Of a stretch of 64,000 nt of DNA, positions 9,152-19,310 are shown piece by piece. Source of the DNA: Spirochaetia bacterium (GTDB taxonomy: Bacteria; Spirochaetota; Spirochaetia; UBA9216); assembly GCA_965140585.1 (NCBI GenBank), contig OZ223270.1, forward strand, positions 128,001-192,000, read 5' to 3'. A model generated the notes under the pieces. The model was not told the DNA's origin. It saw nothing but the letters and a program-made list of their open reading frames with translations, and searched no databases. Position 1 is the stretch's first letter; the number at the start of each line of letters is the position of its first letter. The position numbers were made by a program, and so were the translations under genes.

Positions 9152-11956
9152 CTATTTAACTAATACTTTCTTTTTTCGGTTTTTATATTTATAAACAAAA
9201 CGTCCAGAAACTTCCATAAAAACGGTCCATAATCGATAAGAAACCACCCCACTAATCAACCCAATCAATACCTGAACGGGCCAAATTGACGGCATTCCTA
9301 AATTTGATAATTCTGAGAGTACAAAAGAATGAACGATGTAAATAAACAATGAAGCAGAAGCTATCTCGAGGATGATTGTTTTTAGATTCTTAGGAAACCG
9401 GATTCTGTCTATCCATATAATCAATAACATGACAAGATAAAACGATATAGGCAAGTAACGATATGTCACCAATCCGGGAATATCCAATCTTGTTAATACA
9501 AACGGAATAAATAGACTAACTGTTAGAAAAATCCGCTCCTTCGTACATGTGGTGCTAGAGATCGCTACACCAAATGCAATTGGCCAAAGCCAGGGAAATG
9601 GTCCGATACTTTCACTTCCAAGACTGCCATTCCAAAATCCAGTTAAGCTCTGTAATACTCCAAGGACAATAGCCCCTAGAGATACTGTCATATCTAGCTT
9701 GAATTGACTATCTTGGTTAGGAACTCTCTGTGTTTTACCTTTTTTCCAGGAATATAGTACAATCAAAGTAACGACGGAAAGGATTAATATATTCGCTGTC
9801 AAAATATCAAGAAACCAATACCCCCAACGGCCATTTCCTGGTTTTTGAAACATTGTGTTAAGAAGAAAAAAGTCAGGTAGCCAAAAACGATGATTTTGAA
9901 TAGAGCATAATGCATTCCATAAAAATACAGGAAATCCATAGCTAAAAATAAATCTAAAAATTCCGTTAAGATTTCCTTTCTGGTAAATTGTAGGACGTAA
10001 AAACTTCCCAAAACTGAGCCCTGATAATACAAATAGAACCGAGGCATCTGGCAGATGATTAAAACCTAAATGACCCATTATAACAAATGTGATAGCAATA
10101 GCACGAAACAAGCTTGTCATATCAATATAAGTCCAGACTTTTGATTTTTGTTTAGTCTTTTTTTTACCGAGCAACACATTAAGGGGCATTATTTCCCACC
10201 TATCCGGCAAATAGCCTATATGTTTTTCAATGAATAATGAAACCCTAATGTACGATAATGAATCACCTCCTAAAGCAACAAACGATGACTCTATAGTATC
10301 TATATGCCTGCCTAATACTGATTCTATCTTTTTTATAATGACTATATCTGATGGATCAATATCCTCAAGGCGATATAAATCTTCAGAAGGCTTACTACAA
10401 CTTGAATCAATATCCATTAAGGCTAGAGCCTTACGATCCGTTTTGCCATTTAATGTAAGAGGATATTCATCCACCTGCATAAAGAGATTTGGAATCATAT
10501 AAGTAGGCAAGATATTAGATAAGTCTTTCTTTATCGCTTCAACATTTATATCTCTACCATCTTTAGCAATAATATATGCAGCAAGCTGCTTGTTACATTT
10601 GGAGAGCTCCTTAGCCACAACCACAGCGTTATGAATTGAAGGATTATTCATTAATGCATATTCAATATCTCCTAGCTCAATCCTATAGCCCCTTATCTTG
10701 ACTTGAAAATCAGATCTTCCAATATACTCAATATTTCCATCTTCATGATAACGGCAAACATCTCCGGTTTTATACAACCGGTCGGTATCAAGCCCCCATT
10801 CAGAAGGACATGTTAGAAACCTTTCAGAGGTTAACTCATCCCTGTTTAAGTATCCTAAAGACAGCCCGATACCGCCGATATATAATTCACCTGTCTCGCC
10901 AATAGTTACCGGATTAAGCTGATCATCAAGTATTATCATTACTGTATTATCTATTGGCTTCCCAATAAGAGGTTGCTGGTTACACCCTCTCAACCTGAAA
11001 GCTGAAGACCATACTGTTGTTTCTGTAGGACCATAAAAGTTCCAGACTTCATCACAATTTTCAGTAAGTTTATTAGCAATATCAGCTGACACGGCTTCTC
11101 CACCGCATACAATTTTTTTCAAAGAAGAATTTTTCCAACCATAGTCAAAAAACATTTGGAAAGATGTAGAGGTAGCCTGCATCATAGTAACCGAATTCTT
11201 ATCAATATATTCGATAAGCCGCCCGATATCTCTGGCCATTTTGGTAGTCGCCAATACTATTGTGGCTCCAACGATAAAAGATAGATAAAGTTCAGGAACA
11301 GACATATCAAATGAGATAGTTGCAAGAGCAAGGAATTTATCGTCTTCAGTAATTCCAGGCTTCTTCTTCATTGATAATAAAAGGTTTAGAAGAGCTCTGT
11401 GTTGAATCTGAACGCCTTTTGGGGTCCCGGTTGATCCTGAAGTGTATATTATATAAGCTAAAAAATCACCCTCGATCTTTATTGCAGGCGGTAAAGCCTC
11501 TTCTTTATCTATTTGCGCCTTCTCATCTTCGATAACCATAACATCTACATCAGCATTATCGAAAAGTTTTTCAACTAATGCTTTTTGAGATATTATAGAA
11601 GCAAGTCCAGAGTCATCAACCATATAAGAAAGTCTGGATTTTGGAAAATGAGGATCCATAGGAATATAACACGCACCTGTTTTTAAAATACCTAGCAGAA
11701 CAGGTAACAGATCAATATTTCTTTCCAAGCATACACCAACAATAGTTCCATTTTTAATATCTTTTTTAATAAAGTAGTTTGCATATTTGTTGGAAAGAAT
11801 ATCAAGTTCTCTATATGAAATTTTATGGTCTTCAAAGATTACTGCAGTATTATTATTTTCTTTACTTACATCTTTAAAAATTTCAAGGAAATTTGAGTGC
11901 TTCCCTAAATCCACAGTAGTATTATTTATTTCTTTTATTATGCTCTCCAGCATCAC
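9152..11956 (-). CDS. NRPS-like fusion: adenylation domain + peptidyl carrier domain + AT3-like membrane acyltransferase
   Basis: YTSGSTGTPKG, FYGPTE, YKTGD, GRSDFQVKIRGYRIELG, NGKTDR; carrier motif LGGDSL; C-terminal TM region LFRAIAITFVIMGH, LFVLSG, YWFLD, SLFIYIVH. Confidence 0.88.
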   Translation of the reverse strand: MMLESIIKEINNTTVDLGKHSNFLEIFKDVSKENNNTAVIFEDHKISYRELDILSNKYANYFIKKDIKNGTIVGVCLERNIDLLPVLLGILKTGACYIPMDPHFPKSRLSYMVDDSGLASIISQKALVEKLFDNADVDVMVIEDEKAQIDKEEALPPAIKIEGDFLAYIIYTSGSTGTPKGVQIQHRALLNLLLSMKKKPGITEDDKFLALATISFDMSVPELYLSFIVGATIVLATTKMARDIGRLIEYIDKNSVTMMQATSTSFQMFFDYGWKNSSLKKIVCGGEAVSADIANKLTENCDEVWNFYGPTETTVWSSAFRLRGCNQQPLIGKPIDNTVMIILDDQLNPVTIGETGELYIGGIGLSLGYLNRDELTSERFLTCPSEWGLDTDRLYKTGDVCRYHEDGNIEYIGRSDFQVKIRGYRIELGDIEYALMNNPSIHNAVVVAKELSKCNKQLAAYIIAKDGRDINVEAIKKDLSNILPTYMIPNLFMQVDEYPLTLNGKTDRKALALMDIDSSCSKPSEDLYRLEDIDPSDIVIIKKIESVLGRHIDTIESSFVALGGDSLSYIRVSLFIEKHIGYLPDRWEIMPLNVLLGKKKTKQKSKVWTYIDMTSLFRAIAITFVIMGHLGFNHLPDASVLFVLSGLSFGKFLRPTIYQKGNLNGIFRFIFSYGFPVFLWNALCSIQNHRFWLPDFFLLNTMFQKPGNGRWGYWFLDILTANILILSVVTLIVLYSWKKGKTQRVPNQDSQFKLDMTVSLGAIVLGVLQSLTGFWNGSLGSESIGPFPWLWPIAFGVAISSTTCTKERIFLTVSLFIPFVLTRLDIPGLVTYRYLPISFYLVMLLIIWIDRIRFPKNLKTIILEIASASLFIYIVHSFVLSELSNLGMPSIWPVQVLIGLISGVVSYRLWTVFMEVSGRFVYKYKNRKKKVLVK

Positions 11957-12012
11957 ACCTTCTTCATTTGTTAACTAAATTCATTACGATTAATGAAAAT
12001 AGTATTAAAATT

Positions 12013-13221
12013 TTACTCGTTAAAAAGCATTTCTAGAACAGCTCCTTCCTTAACTGTATCATGCTTCAACATTGTCAATTCTCTACCTTTATTTGCCATA
12101 GTCTCCAGCTCATCCAAAGGGGCTTCGAGGGCTTCAAGCATAGCATCTACAAGCTTCTCACTGTTTCCGGAAGGAACTAACCATCCATTTTCTTTGTGCA
12201 CAACCAGCTCGGGAATGCCAGCTATGTATGTTGAAATTACTGGTCGTCCGACAGCAAAAGACTCCATGATAACCATTGGAAGCCCTTCTGCAAAACTAGG
12301 CAAGACCATTGCCCTGCTTTCTATAAGAAATTCTTTTACTTTATCTTCAGATACATACCCTGAGATCTCTACATTATCTGCTATATTAAAAGCCTTTATC
12401 TTTCTCTCAATAGTCGATCGTAATTCTCCATCTCCAACAAAAATCAACTTTGCATCAGGAGCTTTAGCTAACAGTTCATGAAAAGCATCTAACAACACCA
12501 ACTGCCCCTTCTGCGGAGCTAAACGACCAATACAGACAAATGTCTTGCTGTCTACCATAGGTTCTTTCCTTGAAAAAAAGTCTTCGCCTACAGTACACCC
12601 CACAGTATGAATCTTATGCCAGTCTTCCAGCCTGCACCACCTTTTTAGTTGAGCTGAACAAAAATCTGTTATTGCAACAGTAAATTTAGAATCCTCAATC
12701 TTACCAGACAAGTCATATCCTAAAGGAGAATCAAACTCATCAGGCCCATGAACTGTAAAACTATAGCTGGGCCCGCCAAGATGCCTTATAATTCTGGTAA
12801 TAGCAGCAGTGTTTCTTCCAAAGTGCGAATGAATATGTTTAACCTGTTTTTGTTCAGCATGGTTAAGAAAAGCTACAGCTTCTAACAAGTAAACAAAATG
12901 CCTCAGTAAAGACTTCTCACTGTATTTATGCATCGACAGAATAAGTCGTATTGATTTAGAGAATTTGGATGGCCTTACCAATAACCAGATAATTGAAGAA
13001 AAAATCTTTCTAAAGATTGAATCTTTGAAGAAATAGAACGTTTTTTCTTCTTCTTTAAAGTCAATATCATTTACCAATGGCGCATCAGATCTCCTCAATG
13101 CCATTCGTACAACTTCATGTCCTCGTCTTTCTATTTCCAATAACTCTCTTCGTATAAAAGTATGACTGACGGATGGATATTTAGTTGTTAAATATGCAAT
13201 CTTTACACGTTCCCCTAACAT
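12013..13221 (-). CDS. Glycosyltransferase family 4 (WcaL-like)
   Basis: YPSVSHTFIRRE, HIHSHFG, IGRLAPQKG, PSFAEGLPMVIME. Confidence 0.9.
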   Translation of the reverse strand: MLGERVKIAYLTTKYPSVSHTFIRRELLEIERRGHEVVRMALRRSDAPLVNDIDFKEEEKTFYFFKDSIFRKIFSSIIWLLVRPSKFSKSIRLILSMHKYSEKSLLRHFVYLLEAVAFLNHAEQKQVKHIHSHFGRNTAAITRIIRHLGGPSYSFTVHGPDEFDSPLGYDLSGKIEDSKFTVAITDFCSAQLKRWCRLEDWHKIHTVGCTVGEDFFSRKEPMVDSKTFVCIGRLAPQKGQLVLLDAFHELLAKAPDAKLIFVGDGELRSTIERKIKAFNIADNVEISGYVSEDKVKEFLIESRAMVLPSFAEGLPMVIMESFAVGRPVISTYIAGIPELVVHKENGWLVPSGNSEKLVDAMLEALEAPLDELETMANKGRELTMLKHDTVKEGAVLEMLFNE

Positions 13222-13282
13222 TTCTACTCCTCATTAAAACAACTAAGATTTTTATACTGACGGGTTTAATAATTTCAGTGAA

Positions 13283-14269
13283 CTATTTATGCTCTATGAT
13301 TTTATATTTTTTACCTAAAACTCGTCTCCATAATAGCAAAACGATACCAAAGGTTTGAGGTACTGGTGTTAGAATACTAAATGATGAATAAATAAGAGAC
13401 GAGCGTATATTTTTTATTTCTTTCTTTTTTCTTAAGAATATTCTGATGAATCTATAAATATAAATCAGATATAAGGTGAAAAACCATAATGATCCCAAAA
13501 GACCTAAGATAAAAACTGAAATTGGAAAAAAGACTCCCCAGACAAGAGCCCGAACGACCTGCGGAAAATAATAACCTTTACCGTCTTTATAATGCGTAAG
13601 AAAACCCTGGGCATAAGCGTGACCTGCCCTAATGCTTCTTCTCCACCACTGACTGAATTTTTTCATGGCTGCATCATGGTATGTCATATCATGATCATAC
13701 CTATAAATTTTCCAATCTAACTTCCTTAATCTGTAACATAAATCAGGCTCTTCACCAGCAATAATAAACGGATTAAACCCATCTACCTCTTTAAAACTCT
13801 TTACCTTGACAAGAAAATCTCCACCACATGCTTCTGTTTCACCGATTGGAGTATTCCATTCAATATCACAAAGAAGATTATATACCGAGGCCATTGGAAA
13901 TTGCTCTTTTCTCTGTCCGGCAACAATAGCATATTCTGTGTTATCATCTAAGAACTTCATAGCAATATTTAGCCATTCGGGATTCAGGAGACAATCCCCG
14001 TCTATAAATTGTACATATTCCAGATTTTCATTTTTCTCAATGAGAGAAAAGAAGCCCGCATTCCTGGCTCGCGCAGCGCTAAAAGGGATACTCATATCAA
14101 GTTCTATATAATCAATATCTTTACTCTTACAAAAGCCTAAGCTATCATCTGTAGATCCAGAATCAACATATACAATTTTATTTGAATGATCTAAAATACT
14201 GATAATACAACTCTTTAATCTTTCACCTTCATTTCTTCCAATTACAACTATTCCTAAATTATTAAGCAT
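13283..14269 (-). CDS. Glycosyltransferase family 2 with C-terminal TM helices
   Basis: VVIGRNEGERL, VDSGSTD, FIDGD, AGEEPDLC. Confidence 0.9.
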   Translation of the reverse strand: MLNNLGIVVIGRNEGERLKSCIISILDHSNKIVYVDSGSTDDSLGFCKSKDIDYIELDMSIPFSAARARNAGFFSLIEKNENLEYVQFIDGDCLLNPEWLNIAMKFLDDNTEYAIVAGQRKEQFPMASVYNLLCDIEWNTPIGETEACGGDFLVKVKSFKEVDGFNPFIIAGEEPDLCYRLRKLDWKIYRYDHDMTYHDAAMKKFSQWWRRSIRAGHAYAQGFLTHYKDGKGYYFPQVVRALVWGVFFPISVFILGLLGSLWFFTLYLIYIYRFIRIFLRKKKEIKNIRSSLIYSSFSILTPVPQTFGIVLLLWRRVLGKKYKIIEHK

Positions 14270-14294
14270 GCTTGTTCTTCGTCAGCTCCTTTTT

Positions 14295-15641
14295 TCAGGG
14301 ATTCCGGGATACGTTGACATAATATTGCGAGACTAAAGCCCCAGCACAAAAAACATAGACTGGATTAAACATTGAATTCATTAGTGAATCTATCATAAAA
14401 AAAGTAACTAATATGCATAGTAAAAAAAGATAAAGTCTTCGTTTTTCGGAATTAATATCTAAAGGGACTTCTTTATTTTTATAGTACTTCAGAATAAAAT
14501 ATGCACCGCTCCCGAGAGTAAAAAAAACGCTAAACAACCCCGCAATGCCATAGGTGCTGAATATTCCAAGCCAAAGGGAGTCTAAAATAGAGAAAAGCTC
14601 TTTACCAGTAACCGGATCAACAGGATATGCCCGCCGATAGCCAGCCCATCCGAACCAAAATCGTTGAAGAGTTTTTTCAGCAAATAAATCCTCCTGCCAC
14701 ATCCTAAAGAGTAATGAGGCAACTCTATTAGAGTCAAATATAATGCTAAAAAGCTGTCCAAACCTTCTGACAGGTATAATATTAAATATTCTAGTAATAA
14801 AATAAATAGGGATACCGCTCATTATTACACGAAGCCATTTAATAGCATTGTGACTATTTCGTTTGTATATATAAATTAAGAATAAACCTAAAGTCAAGAA
14901 AATCCAACCATTGGCTGATTTACATAAAATTGTTAGTACAATAAAGAGTACAGATAGAAATGACAACTTTAGCTTACCTAACTTTTGAATATACCCCATT
15001 TTCCAGTTACTGTATGAAAAGATAGTTACCATAGTCATCCAAAATGAAACCATTAACCCATGCTGCATAAAAACTATAGGTCTCCATCCTCCATAGCGCA
15101 TATGCTGAATCAATTTATGCTGAAGCCAGCCATATAATAACTCATGAAAAAAAGGCCCCTTTGATAATTCAACAATAATAAAAGGAATATATATCACTCC
15201 TCCTATAATAACACCTCGTACAAGTCTGAACAGGGATTCATCATCATTAATAAACTTACGGCCTGCCCAATATAGAGCTCCCCATGTAAGCAGATTACTC
15301 AAACTTTCTGAGACACCGCCATATAAACTCAAGCCATTTGAAAGTGCGGTTATAACAGGAAGGAGTGAGCACCATAGCAACATCGGGATGTCTACCGGTC
15401 TAAACTTATCAATAATTTTGGTATTTGGACTAATCTTTACACTTCCAATAAATAAAGAAACGCCGATTGCAATATTTTTGTTATACTGAGGAAATCCAGG
15501 CAGATCCAAATAAGCCATTGGTAAAAATAAAACACCGCCGATCAGTACAATCAATACAGCCTTTGTAGCATCAACGACTCTAAAAAGAATTACAGAGAAT
15601 AGTATCCACCCATATATCATTACAGTTGCCAAGACTGTCAT
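14295..15641 (-). CDS. Wzy/O-antigen-ligase-like polysaccharide polymerase
   Basis: Polytopic membrane protein with RYGGWRP, CKSANG, RFWFGWAG, DSLW; adjacent to flippase. Confidence 0.72.
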   Translation of the reverse strand: MTVLATVMIYGWILFSVILFRVVDATKAVLIVLIGGVLFLPMAYLDLPGFPQYNKNIAIGVSLFIGSVKISPNTKIIDKFRPVDIPMLLWCSLLPVITALSNGLSLYGGVSESLSNLLTWGALYWAGRKFINDDESLFRLVRGVIIGGVIYIPFIIVELSKGPFFHELLYGWLQHKLIQHMRYGGWRPIVFMQHGLMVSFWMTMVTIFSYSNWKMGYIQKLGKLKLSFLSVLFIVLTILCKSANGWIFLTLGLFLIYIYKRNSHNAIKWLRVIMSGIPIYFITRIFNIIPVRRFGQLFSIIFDSNRVASLLFRMWQEDLFAEKTLQRFWFGWAGYRRAYPVDPVTGKELFSILDSLWLGIFSTYGIAGLFSVFFTLGSGAYFILKYYKNKEVPLDINSEKRRLYLFLLCILVTFFMIDSLMNSMFNPVYVFCAGALVSQYYVNVSRNP

Positions 15642-15675
15642 ATATTTTAATTTCCCCGCCTTAAGATTGCTAAGT

Positions 15676-17031
15676 TCAGATCAACCCTCCTGGGAAACCT
15701 AAATTAAAAACCATTCTTAGAGACAAAAATATCGCAATCAAAAGAAATAGAAAAAGTGTCGCGACCAAGTCCTGTTTAATTAAAGAAAATTTCTCCCGAA
15801 CTAAAGCAATGTTAATAACTATATAAACAGCAATATCATTAAAAACTATACCCAGTATAGTTCCAATATCGCCAAATAAATGAAACAATAATGGTACAAT
15901 TGAAATCATATATAAAAATTTTAGCAAATTTCCCAATGTCAAATATTGTGGTTTTCCAATCGACATTAGAACACGGTCTATAGTAACAATCAAAATTAAT
16001 GGCCACATTCCTACAGCAAGAAGTGGCAAAATCCATGCCGCTGCTGCATACCTGTCGTCATAAAGAAATAAAATTATGAAATCACCAAAACAGCTGAAGA
16101 TTGATACAAAAACAGCCATAGCAAGTAAAATTAGTCTTCTTGGTTTTGCAATTTTTGCTCTTAAATCATCTGCAGGCAGATGATTAAACTTGGAAATAAG
16201 TGGGTAGATGACCGTATTGCTCAATTTTTCCAATACCTTTTTTGGCAATTCGGAAAAGTTTAATGCAATATTATAGACCCCAAACATGGTAATAGAGAAA
16301 AGTTTACCTAGTAATAATCTGTCAGACTGTGCTGCTAAAAACATAACAGCTGTAGACATCCAAATCCACATCCCAAAATGAAGCAGTTCGGAAAGGGAGG
16401 TTTTTTCCAGCCTGAATCTATTCTTTATTCCCTCGTTTATCTTATGACTCCATAAAGTTTTTACTATTTCAGAAACCAATCCACGAATTATCAGAGACCA
16501 AACACTCCCGGTAAGATACGCAACTATTACCATTATTATCAAACTAACTAATTGAACACCTAATTCCAGTATTACGAGTTTTTTTTGATTTAACTCTTTA
16601 TTCAATAAAAACAATGATGTGGAAGAAAACCCACTAACCAAAGAGTTAATTGCAATAACGGGTAACAATTGCAGTAAAATGGGCTGTTCATAAACTCTGG
16701 AAACAGGATATGCACAAATCACCAATGCAATAGCAAGGATAACACCTCTCAAAACTTGCAAAGTCCAGGCAGTATTTATAAAATCTTCTTCATGTACTCT
16801 ATCACTTCGAATAACACAAGGGCCAAGCCCTATATCTGAAAACAAGGCGAGTCCAAGCTGAAAAACTGTACCAATGGCTACAATACCGAATAATTCCGGT
16901 GCCAGCAACCTTGTTAATACGACATTTCCAAGAAGACGTAGAAATTGAGAAGACCCGAACCCAAAAACTATAAAAAGTGAAGATTCTATCGCTTTTTTCT
17001 TTAATATTTTATCAGATTCATCATTAACCAA
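15676..17031 (-). CDS. wzx: Wzx oligosaccharide flippase
   Basis: LTRLLAPELFG, FSDIGLG, DRLLLGK...GVY; many TM helices. Confidence 0.85.
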   Translation of the reverse strand: MVNDESDKILKKKAIESSLFIVFGFGSSQFLRLLGNVVLTRLLAPELFGIVAIGTVFQLGLALFSDIGLGPCVIRSDRVHEEDFINTAWTLQVLRGVILAIALVICAYPVSRVYEQPILLQLLPVIAINSLVSGFSSTSLFLLNKELNQKKLVILELGVQLVSLIIMVIVAYLTGSVWSLIIRGLVSEIVKTLWSHKINEGIKNRFRLEKTSLSELLHFGMWIWMSTAVMFLAAQSDRLLLGKLFSITMFGVYNIALNFSELPKKVLEKLSNTVIYPLISKFNHLPADDLRAKIAKPRRLILLAMAVFVSIFSCFGDFIILFLYDDRYAAAAWILPLLAVGMWPLILIVTIDRVLMSIGKPQYLTLGNLLKFLYMISIVPLLFHLFGDIGTILGIVFNDIAVYIVINIALVREKFSLIKQDLVATLFLFLLIAIFLSLRMVFNLGFPGGLI

Positions 17032-17386
17032 AAATTTTTTCCTTTGCTAATATCAGTCATTGAGTATCAGGCTGAAATATTATTCACAAATAAACTACAT
17101 CAATTATAAAATTAAGAGGAATCACTCCTATGCCCTCCTTTAAAGGTAAACAGATAGACCATTTTAATTTTTGATAAGTTAACCCGATATTATAATACAT
17201 TCAAGAACGTATCATAGCCTTCTTACATCTATCAAAAATAAATAATTATACACTGTTCAAAAAACGTTGGCTCAGTGTTTGATTCACTTAAACTATATTA
17301 TCATTTTTATTGTGGTATTTATAAAAAAAGGTAATTCTTATTTTTATCCACTTGCGCTTCTATTGACTATTTATATTTAAATACTT

Positions 17387-17857
17387 TTAGTTCCTAATAA
17401 ATTCACTGATATAACTAAGAAGACTTTCAGACGCAAAATCGCCTATATATCCTGGATATGCTATAATATTATCATCAAGCTGACTTTTAAGCTCATCCGA
17501 GGAAAAGGCAACTTTAATATAACCCTTTAAAAAAAAACTTTTTGCTGTTGCCAATTGATGATCATTCCTGTGCTCATCATATGCAACCTCTCTGGGCATA
17601 ACTAAAATTGGTTTTTTCTTCTGCAAAGCAGAAATTATAGTACCCATTCCTGCATGCGACACAATTAAATCAGTCCTATTAAACAACTCTCGCATTTCTT
17701 GAGGATCAAAAAAAGATTTATATTTCATATTCATTGGCTTGTATTTGGAATTTCCAATCTGTGCGATGATTTCAAGCTCCTGACTTTCTCCCCATTCATC
17801 TACAGCTTTAACTAATCGATCAAAAGGAAGCTGAGTCCCTACCGTTAAAAATATCAT
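17387..17857 (-). CDS. PssE/Cps14G-like glycosyltransferase subunit (Alg13-like)
   Basis: MIFLTVGTQLPFDRL, SHAGMGT, EHRNDHQ. Confidence 0.9.
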   Translation of the reverse strand: MIFLTVGTQLPFDRLVKAVDEWGESQELEIIAQIGNSKYKPMNMKYKSFFDPQEMRELFNRTDLIVSHAGMGTIISALQKKKPILVMPREVAYDEHRNDHQLATAKSFFLKGYIKVAFSSDELKSQLDDNIIAYPGYIGDFASESLLSYISEFIRN

Positions 17858-18300
17858 ATGACAGCCCCATAATATAATACCTTTTCACCATCTGATAGAA
17901 TTTCCCATTGAGTTAGAACCTTATCAGCTAAATGTACCGCTATTTTACCAGAGATCGATAAGGTTTCTGCATTTGCGATACTGTCAACCCACAACGTCTT
18001 TGCTCCAAAAATCTTTCCCCATAAGATACAAATAATACCTGGTGCAGCACCTGTTGAAACAACTATATCCGGCCTAACTTTTTTTACAATCTTAAAAGCA
18101 TCTATAAATGTTTTTACTAACTTTAGTTTAGTATTAAAATTCGAATCCGTTATCAAGAAAAATGGCCCACTAATTTCATCAGCCATTTTTAAACTTGTTG
18201 AGCACCAACTAACCTTTGTGTCCTCAAAAGACGGGAGAAGGCGCAATAACTGAATCCAGTGCCCACCACCAGAACTAATTGCTAAAAGTTTCTTTTTCAA
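17854..18300 (-). CDS. PssD/Cps14F-like glycosyltransferase subunit (Alg14-like)
   Basis: SSGGGHWIQL, VSTGAAPG, LTQW; 4-nt overlap with the pssE-like gene. Confidence 0.9.
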   Translation of the reverse strand: MKKKLLAISSGGGHWIQLLRLLPSFEDTKVSWCSTSLKMADEISGPFFLITDSNFNTKLKLVKTFIDAFKIVKKVRPDIVVSTGAAPGIICILWGKIFGAKTLWVDSIANAETLSISGKIAVHLADKVLTQWEILSDGEKVLYYGAVI

Positions 18301-19151
18301 AGATCTTTTTCCTTATTATGTCGTACAGACTCATCACGTGCCCAACCAGAAAAATCTTGCTTTTTATATTTTTTAGCTGCCACTGTCTTCATTATAATTT
18401 TTAAAACAAAATACATAAAAACTGAAATAGTTTTGGTCGGCACAAAAAGTATTTTTAAAAAATATCTAGAATTATTGATATTTTCATTTTCCAGCAACTC
18501 TGGATATTTCTGAGATAATTCCATATTCCCCAGATGGGATCTTACTTTAATTTTTATTAATCCTTTTAGGTCATATGGTGCAGTAACAAGAAAAGTTTTT
18601 TCGGTATTTATATATTTCTCACAACTCTTAAAAAGCAGCCTAATGTAACCATCATCCGATATTACATTAGGAAATTCAGAAAAAACCGCTCGCCCCTCCT
18701 CTGTCAAACCATATAACCCTGATCCAATCATAGAATCACGACAATATGGAGTTGATAGCCATATTTTGTAGTAATTTTTGATTAGATATTTGCGACTCTC
18801 ATAATCGATCTGGAGTTTAGGAGCACCCGCTTTAAATCCATACCTCACCATCTTTTCAGCAGTATCCGCCAAAGCAGAACCATCAACTATAATGTCAGCA
18901 TCTAAATAAAATCTAGGAAAATATTTGGCTTCTCGATCTCCTATATTGAGTGCATTTATTTTCGAGGGAATATTTGTTTCAATAACTGTAACCTCAGAAT
19001 AAGCTCTACACACTTCAGCAGTTGCATCCTTACAGCCATTACAAACCACAATAACCTGAATGCCTTCCAAAGTCCCGTTTATATGCAGTCTATCGATACA
19101 ATTTCCTATTAAGGCTTCTTCATTATGTGCTGGAATAATTATAGAAATCAT
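18297..19151 (-). CDS. Glycosyltransferase family 2
   Basis: ISIIIPAHNEE, VCNGCKD, YLDADI. Confidence 0.9.
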   Translation of the reverse strand: MISIIIPAHNEEALIGNCIDRLHINGTLEGIQVIVVCNGCKDATAEVCRAYSEVTVIETNIPSKINALNIGDREAKYFPRFYLDADIIVDGSALADTAEKMVRYGFKAGAPKLQIDYESRKYLIKNYYKIWLSTPYCRDSMIGSGLYGLTEEGRAVFSEFPNVISDDGYIRLLFKSCEKYINTEKTFLVTAPYDLKGLIKIKVRSHLGNMELSQKYPELLENENINNSRYFLKILFVPTKTISVFMYFVLKIIMKTVAAKKYKKQDFSGWARDESVRHNKEKDL

Positions 19152-19310
19152 AGGTTGATTACACCCTAAACCTTTAACTTTTTCTGTATTATACGAAGAG
19201 TCGCTTAAACATACAATAGCGAGTATATAATTAAGATTTAACTACCGCTGCCGAAACAAGCTGGTTGACCTTTGTTCTAATATTTTATTTTAACATTAAT
19301 TTCAATTAAA

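Noticed and set aside
9152-11956. Secondary-metabolite NRPS or poly-lysine synthetase
   Set aside because: No C or TE domain and no Pls-type soluble repeats; glycan context and AT3 motifs instead
19241-19270. ops/JUMPstart-like GCGGTAG or a c-di-GMP riboswitch before the GT operon
   Set aside because: Only a 7-nt match; no RfaH paralogue in the window and no GEMM consensus
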